DNA from: the human T2T-CHM13v2.0 reference genome, Homo sapiens
Reading direction: 5' to 3' (one strand)
Length of the DNA stretch: 64,000 bases
NCBI RefSeq assembly: GCF_009914755.1
Contig: NC_060947.1
Position numbers and translations under genes: made by a program. The notes beneath the pieces were generated by a model. That model had not been told where the DNA came from. It ran no database searches and was given only the letters and a program-made list of their open reading frames with translations. Each line of letters begins with the position of its first letter. The stretch's first letter is position 1. This document shows, one piece after another, positions 55,398-64,000 of this stretch.

Positions 55398-56820
55398 CAC
55401 GCATCACACATGCGATCTATATGGTAAGTTAGTCACCATTTGGCCATTTGGCATTTTATCATTTAGGTTTCTTTATTTACCATCCCTCACCAACATAGTG
55501 ATAACCTTGATATTGGAATCATTAAGGAAAACTTCAAATTATACCCATCTGAGTTTGGGTACTAAGTTATGCTATTGATTCTAAACCTCTGCAAACAAGT
55601 GATCGATCTACTTACAGTGTTGATCATAATCCCATGAGAAGATCTTTTGATCAAAATATCTCATCCCTACAATGACAGTTAACAGAGTTCATCATACTGG
55701 GGAAACTCCCCCAAATTCTTTATTTGCCATTCATCATATATTTAAGAGCATCTCCACAACTAATATTATTCAGCTAAACAAAATAAAATTTGAGATTTCT
55801 GTACCTAGGACCAGGAAGGGGTGGAAGTAGAAAAGAAGGGGGATAGCTAGGGAGCTGAAAAATAATGTTTGGGGCCCAATATACAGCCTATATATAGAAG
55901 ACAGAGATGTCTTCTTTAAGTTGTACCTCAAATTCTACACAGAATTCTGAATATATGCATTTTGTGGAACCTCAGAATCAAATTATTTCCAAGTTGGGAG
56001 TGACTTTTCTTTTCATATGCAAACACTGAGGCTCTGCCAAGCTAAGTGACCCTCCTAGCCTATCAGGTGGACCTTCACATTCTCAGTCCTCCCTGATATT
56101 TTGCTACATTCTGTTCACTATTACTTTTTAAATTCAGGGTACATATTTTTAAAAAGTGGTTTTTGTTTTGAGAAATGTTCCATTCAGGAATTTGAAATCG
56201 TAAGTCTAAAATCCAGAAGGTTATCAGAAAAGAAAATCCAGAAAGCAAAGATGGTTAGAAAAACATAAGACACTTTGTCCTGTGTTAAAAGTTGCATCAA
56301 CAAATGGTGAGTGGAAGGAATGTGGCTAAAGGCAAGAAAAGCTAGGTTAAACAGTCCTCGCTCAGTGACGTGGGTATAGCAATTGTCAGGAAAAGGTCCA
56401 GTGGTTTCATAGGCCCCACTTCCAGGAATAACTCCTCTCACCTCCCTGTGTTCAGAATGAGAGGACCTCTAGGGTAACAGGGATACCTTTAGATGCCAAA
56501 CAAAGAAAATTCAGAGATAGCAGTTGGTGTTTCAAAATTCTCTCAAGGAAAACATTCAGTTGACCTTTGGTGTATCAGATTAAGCTGTGGAATGTCCAAA
56601 GATATGTAATGTGTACTTTCCTGCATGACAGATATCGGATCAGGGCAAAATTATAAACAGCATTTTCCTGCAGATGACTAAGAGAAGTACTCATAGGAAG
56701 TTATCCCCTCCAGAAATAATCTAAAATAGATTATATATGCCCTTCTTTTCTGTCTAGAAGAAAGTTGGAGGAAAAATAAGGAGATCATTATATTTTTCAA
56801 TAAAGAAAAGGGAAGGTGAG

Positions 56821-57585
56821 TGTGATAGGCGGCACCAGTGGCCCCAATTCTTCATGGCTCCCTGAATTCATACCCTATGTAGTTTCTATCACTAAAGAGG
56901 ATATTTTCCTGCCTGCTGATTTTGGATTTGGCCATGCGATAGTATGGAATGGCCAATGACATGGTAGCCAGCTTGAGGCCACAGATGCACTTGGATGATT
57001 GAGCTTGTACTCTTTTCCGTGTCACAGCTATGAAAAAAGCTGCTGCCACCCATCCTGGGTCCCAGAATGAATACACAAGGATAAAAGTTATTCCCATTTT
57101 GGTAAGAATCCAAGGTCACATGGATCTAGAACCTGAATCAGAGTAAAAAAGCCCAAGCTTGCATTGTGCACTCCCAACCAATCTGAAGACTACGGAGTGA
57201 TAGTGATGGCCGTTTTAAGCCAGGAGATGGAAAATTAAGGCCTTCGAGCCAAATCCAGCTTCTATCAGCAAACCATTCAAGGATCTGACATTTTTTAAGG
57301 GTAGAAAACACATCAGAAGAAGATTTTGTGGCACCTAAAAAATTTTATGAAATTCAAATCACAGCATCTATACATAAAGTTTTATTAAAACACAGCCATT
57401 CTTATTTATGTATTGCTTATGGCTGCTTTAGCCCTACAAGCAGAGTTGAGTAGTTGGGACAGAGAACATATGACCTGCAAACCTGAAAATATTTACTACC
57501 TAGCTCTTTCCAAAAAGAGCTTTTTGATTCTCCTTAAAGCCACCAAGTTTTGAAGTGGTTTACTATGCAGCAATATGTAAGTGAT
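56821..57585 (+). mobile_element. MLT1H-like LTR interrupted by MER58B
   Basis: tggccccaattcttcatggctccctg...; ttttaagc[insert]caccaagttttgaagtggtttactatgcagcaata. Confidence 0.7.
57221..57532. mobile_element. MER58B
   Basis: ttatgaaattcaaatc...ataaagttttattaaaacacagcc...gcagagttgagtagttg; TSD-like ttttaagc/cttaaagc. Confidence 0.8.
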
Positions 57586-58300
57586 TTTCCCCTACAATAG
57601 AGCGGCAAATAATTATTAGTAATTGCATTACAGGAAATGAGCATAATTAAAATGACACAAACGTAGAAGAATCAGAGGATCTATGGTTCCTGAATGGGTT
57701 ATACAAGCCTGCTATTGTATCATATTGCCAGGGATTCTTGAGTAAATTGATTATATTTCCTGTGCTATGCTGGATTATTTTGCATCCAAATACAGTGATT
57801 AAAATAGAGGAAGGAGACATTTTTGCAATGCTTGCTACTCCAGAAGAAATGGCACTTGCCTCCTTACCTTGCATTAGACTTTATACCGATTGATACTGCA
57901 CCCAGAGAGGAAATCAAAATGGGTGTACGAGAGTTTCTTTCCTAACCCCTGGGAGGACAGTGGCCATGCCTTGTACAGTGTATACATTCCCCTCAGGTGT
58001 CTTGCACATTTCAAGGCTAACAGCAGATAACTGAGAAACATGTGCTGATTAAAGACATATCTCTGAAGACAACATCGTTCCATAAAGAAGGCATGGGACT
58101 GAAGGTCTAGAGACCTGGCCTCTATGCCTGATCCTGCAACTAAGTCATAGGATTCCCTGGACCCATTGATATTTTGGTCCATTGCAGAACATCCTACCTG
58201 GCTCACTCTGCTGGTGGGTTACAGGTGTGTGGAGGTGGTAATCAACTCATCCCTTGAACCAGCCAGGTGAAACAGACCTGGGGAAGTCAGAGCCCCATAA

Positions 58301-58633
<333 letters not shown>

Positions 58634-58924
58634 TTTTCTTTATGCACCATGACATGAAAATGGATAGGATACATTTGGGGCAAGTTGTGACAGGATTTAA
58701 CCTATAAGGAGATTAGTTTTGTGTGATAGCTATTTACTTTTAAAGTGCAGGGTAAACCTTAGGCCTTTCAAATTAATTCTTCACTGATCAAGAGTAATAA
58801 AAACATAACCTGGAAATTATTTTAGAAATCTCATTAATTACCATGGAGATCAGGATGCTCAGAAGTGAATAAATCAAGCTTAGTGTTCTCTCTTTCCACA
58901 CTATGTAGCAACCTCCTCCCAGAC

Positions 58925-59465
58925 TGTGGTGAGTTTATCTTACTGATGGAGCCTATTAACAGTTTCTCCATATATACAACCTTTGAAATGTGACTTTGCA
59001 CCTACTCTCATCAAGAGTTGGGTCTATTTCTCCACCTATGAATCTGAGCAGGCCTTGTGTGTTGCTTTAGTTAACATCTGGTGGCATAAGAGATGGTACT
59101 TCAGTTTTGAGCCTAGATCTTAAGAGATCTTGAGTGTTTCCACTTTCTCTCATAGATCCTTGCCACACCATAAGAAAAACCCAGGAGAATCTGATGGAAG
59201 ATTAGAAACCATATGGAAAAGAACCCAGTTTTCTCAGGCATGACCACCCTAGACCTGCTGACTTCCAAACATATGAAAGAGGTAGCCAAGATCAGCAGAG
59301 CCTTCTCCATGACCTACAGCTGACTGCACATGCATAAGAAAGCCCAGCCAAGACCAGACAGATCATCTGGCTGATTCATAAATACATGGCAAATAATCAA
59401 TGTCTATTGTTTGAAGCCTCTGAGGTTTGGGATGGTTTGTTACACATCAATAGCTAACTGAAACA
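58925..59465 (+). mobile_element. MLT1G/H-type solo LTR
   Basis: atgtgactttgcacctactctcatcaagag...ggatggtttgttacacatcaatagctaactgaaaca. Confidence 0.8.
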
Positions 59466-60149
59466 AAGATATATAAGCATCAGGTTTATTTTCATTTTAA
59501 TGAAAGGGAAAAGTATCATTTCCCTTATTTATGTTAGTCAAATACCTGTTGATCTATGCATTTAACAAAATGTTATTAACCATATATTCCATGTCAGGCT
59601 CTGAACTGGACTCCAGGGATATAGTAGTGAAATCCACTCAACTGATGATTGCCTCCAAAACTACATCTGCAATACTGCCCTCTTATCTAATGGTTTAGGG
59701 CCCAGCTCTTAGAATATTCTACCATTACTGAAAACTCATCATGTTCGAAATCTTAAGTAATCATTCCCTCCTCCAGGACCCCCCAGCAAAAACAAACCAC
59801 CACCAACAAAAAAACCCACAAGATTTTGTTCTTTCCTACTTTATTTCTATATATCCATACTTTCTTGCATGGACTGTGGGTCATAAACCTGTGCCCAAGC
59901 AAGTTGAGACTTCAAAGAGCAGCAAGACTCAAGACCACGTTTACAGAGATTATAGTTAGTTGGAAGGCGTAACATCCAAGACTTGCCATTGTTGACTTAC
60001 TTTGGACACTTGCACTGTTTTACCTGTTAAATGGAGTCTCTTGCTAAGCCCTCTGTCCTTATGCCATCACTTGCCCAGGTGCTTACAACTTGGCACTGAA
60101 TCCGTAATAGTTTTCTAGCTGAGTTATTTGTCCAGTCTCTCCCAGTATG

Positions 60150-60870
<721 letters not shown>

Positions 60871-60875
60871 TATAG

Positions 60876-61118
60876 CAGAATTGCTCAATTTACCACTACT
60901 CATATTTTGGCCTGGATAATTCATTGTCGTGGGGGAATATCCTCTCGGGATATCCTATCCTGAACATAGGATGTTCAGCAGTATCCCTGGCCGTGGCATC
61001 AGCAGAACCGCACCACCCCACCGCTCCCAACACCCTGCCAGCTGTGACAACCAAAATCTCTTCAGATGTTGCCAAATGTCCCCTGAGAAGACAAATTGCC
61101 TCCATTTGAGACCCAATG
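60876..61118 (-). mobile_element. MER20
   Basis: taggatgttcagcagtatccctggcc...gtgacaaccaaaatctcttcagatgttgccaaatgtcccctg. Confidence 0.88.
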
Positions 61119-61351
61119 GCCTCTTATGCCTACTATATCCCATTTCTCATCTATTTGGTATGCACAGGCTTCACTCGTCTAGTTATCAAACAATTCTCTA
61201 TTTGAATAATTGGAAACTTAAAGTCCTCTATGTGATTTTCAGTATCTTCTTGATTTGACCCACTTTTACTTTCCAAAGTTCTTGATAATTACTGTACAAC
61301 AAATCAACTGAATCTCCCTAATATTGCCCTCTTCACCTTTGTCTATGCATT

Positions 61352-61352
<1 letters not shown>

Positions 61353-61388
<36 letters not shown>
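61353..61388 (+). repeat. (CA)n microsatellite
   Basis: Direct reading. Confidence 0.97.
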
Positions 61389-61389
<1 letters not shown>

Positions 61390-61504
61390 ATCCACACATT
61401 TTACTTCTGTGTGCTTGATCCTACTATCCATTCCCATGAGGCTTTGAATTCCACCCTCACTGGTTTCTCCTATCTGTAAATTCTCATAGCCATATGGTCT
61501 AATA

Positions 61505-61690
61505 CGGGATGAAAAATGGGTTCCATCTCACAGAAAAACCATAACTGACAATGGCTGCTTGGAGCACAACGTTGAAAAAGCGAGGGTGTACACAGGCTCA
61601 GCAACAGTATGTTGTGATCAATTAGTAATGTCTGTCATGGACCTGAAGTAGAATGGTGGTAGCCATGCCATCCAAGATAGATTGTCTTAC
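61505..61690 (+). mobile_element. Old hAT-Charlie MITE (MER117-like)
   Basis: gggatgaaaaatgggttccatctc...ggctgcttggagcac...gtgatcaattagtaatgtctgtcatgg. Confidence 0.5.
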
Positions 61691-62744
61691 ATTGCTCTCT
61701 GTTGACTTTTCCCAGTTCTAGTATAATTTCCTTAAAAGCAGGATATGTGTTTCATGCAGAAGGAAGAACTTTCTTGGAAAGTAAAAGTATATAAGTCACT
61801 AAGGTACACATAAGTTTGTGAAATCATTCCTAAACATTTTCCTAATACATTTATCAAGAAGGAAAAGTTGCGTCCTGAAGCAATCATTCCCTAGGCTCTG
61901 TGTCAATCACAGTGTCATGTTAGGGAACATTATTTTGGTTTCATCAAAATTATCAGTTTGAGTAGCAGCTATACATTATATACTTACTGGAGCACATAAC
62001 TATACCTCCCCCTTTTTTAACAACCAAAGCTTTCCCTCAATAATCTTGGCCAAATTTCTGCGCTTGGCTAAAAACCTATAGGCCATGGAAATTTATACCA
62101 TTTAAAATATGTTTTTGGACATCTGCCTCCTTAATGTTTCATTTTTATTTATTTTTCTTCTAAAACATATTTTTTATTAAAAGAACTAGATGTGTCATTG
62201 TCGTGGGCACAAACTCATCTTGTTTATTACAAAATGATTCATACAAATTAGTAATGAAAGAAATGTCCTTTTCAGAAACAGTAAACAATTTGCACAAAAC
62301 ATTCCCTAAAATTTAGTTGAGCTTTATCTCAAAACCTCACATGATTTATGAAATGTTATTGGTATTTCTAAAACAAAAAGTGAAGACTAAATTACTAAAA
62401 TGGAGTCAAAAGCCCCCATGAACCTCTGCATTGCCAGACCACCCCCCAGGGGTGTTTCACCCCCAAACGTGATATCCCAAATGAAAATCAACAATTTTCC
62501 TATTAAAGTTAATTGGCTATGAGTAGAGATAGGCCATCAAGGTCTCCTGTCAATCTACTGTGGCTACTCCTAACCTTGTTTCTGGGGGAACTCTCTCTGC
62601 TACCATGTTTTTATTTACAAAAACAGCGATTGAGCACTTATTATATCTCTGATCTAATACTTGTCAGTCGAAAAGTTAGTTACTAAGTATTTTTTAAAAT
62701 TACATTTTGTAAGTTTCCTTTCATTCAAATGTTTTCTCTTTTAT

Positions 62745-62945
62745 TTCTTTTATTGTGGTAACATATACATAATATAAAATTTGCCATTTTAACCATTTTT
62801 AAGTGTACAGTTCAGTAGCGTTAAGTACTTCCACATTGTTGTGCAACCATCATCATCGTCTATCTCCAGAACTTTTTCATCTTCCTAAACTGAAACTCTA
62901 TTCCCATTAAACAACTCCCAATTCCTCCCTCTCCCCAGCCTTTGG
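62745..62945 (-). mobile_element. L1MB 3' end
   Basis: taaccatttttaagtgtacagttcagtagcgttaagtac...tgaaactctattcccattaaacaac. Confidence 0.88.
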
Positions 62946-63064
62946 TTTCATTTTGTTCTTCTCTTTTGAGATGCATCCTTTTTCTTCTAAAAATATATTT
63001 TCAATATCTCACCAAGTATGTATGCAACATTTTAGCTATCATAACTATTGAGTTTCTTAGAGAA

Positions 63065-63340
63065 TAGCTAACATTTACTGTGCATTCTATTAGATTTAAC
63101 ACATACCGTGATAAGTTTACTTACTCGTTGTAGCAATACTCAACATAGGTCCTCATTCCTCCATTTTGCAGATGAAAAAACTGAGGACTTGGGAGTTTAA
63201 TGTTTCAGTTTTATTGATATTTCTTTTGAAACATATTTTGTATGTTTTTAAAACATATTTTGCTCAAGGTCACATTGCTAGTAAATGGTAAAGATATGAT
63301 TATGCAAATATTTTTCCAAATCTAAAGGCTGTGCTAACCC
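63065..63340 (-). mobile_element. MIR (split)
   Basis: ccattttgcagatgaaaaaactgagg ... ttgctcaaggtcacattgctagtaaatgg. Confidence 0.75.
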
Positions 63341-63524
63341 TGTCTTCTCCTTCTAGACTCCAGCCTCCTTCTCTGTCATCTCCACACTTCCTCCAAAACT
63401 GTAAATGTAGGCATTCTCAGGTTGTATTCTCCTTCAAGGCCCCTATTCACTTTCACAGCTTCCGCTACTGTTTCTTGGAAAATAATCTTCTATATCTATC
63501 CGCGAGCCTCTCTCCAGAACTCAA

Positions 63525-63950
63525 AATCCATGCTGCATAACAATAATAACAATCACAAAAATAATGAAATCTCAGAGGCCCATAACAATATGACAAGAGG
63601 CATTGATGTAGCTCATGAGTGTCTAGGTAGACTGAGGCTGGCTAATGTAGGCTGGGCTCTGCTTCACATGTCATTCATCCTTTACCCAAGACAAGTTGGT
63701 TAGCCCAGGCATGACCTTCTTGGCAGAGGCTCAAGACAACAAACAGACACATGCAAAATATCTTAAGCTTAGGCTAGGAACTGGCACACTGTCACTACTG
63801 CCTTATCTATTGGCCAAAGCAAGTCAAAGATCTAAACATCAGGGGGCAGCGTATTACGTACTCTCCCCTTTTTGTGCATGGAACTTCAAATTCTACAAGG
63901 GTGTGGATGCGAGGGTAGGTGAGGAATCAGAGCCAATAAAACAACTGGCA
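63525..63950 (-). mobile_element. Old MLT1 (J/K-like) LTR
   Basis: ggctaggaactggcacactgtcactactgccttatctattggccaaagcaagtca. Confidence 0.75.
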
Positions 63951-64000
63951 TTACTAATTTCTGCTTTTAATCTTATCTTCTCGTGCACACTGTTCTCTAT

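Overview
Primate (very probably human or great-ape) nuclear genomic DNA that is AT-rich, CpG-depleted and dominated by interspersed repeats. These include 12 Alu pieces (J, S, Y), primate L1PA insertions with TSDs, older L1M/L2/MIR, many MaLR/ERVL solo LTRs (MLT1, MST, LTR16, LTR40) and hAT/Tigger DNA-transposon relics (MER20 x5, MER53 x3, MER58 x3, MER91A x2, MER1B, Charlie1, Tigger2a x2). I find no intact protein-coding gene, RNA gene, CpG island or CRISPR array; nearly all listed ORFs are repeat-derived or chance. I cannot support a novel multi-gene system. The best leads are: (i) a possible decayed multi-exon gene on the minus strand at the window start, with phase-compatible splice sites and a stop-poor frame; (ii) a twin-primed, 5'-inverted L1PA; (iii) an inverted Tigger2a pair; (iv) several template-switch scars; (v) a MER20 cluster, MER53/miR-1302-like hairpins and bZIP-motif-rich candidate enhancers. 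Repeat subfamily names come from recalled consensus sequences, and boundaries without TSDs are approximate.
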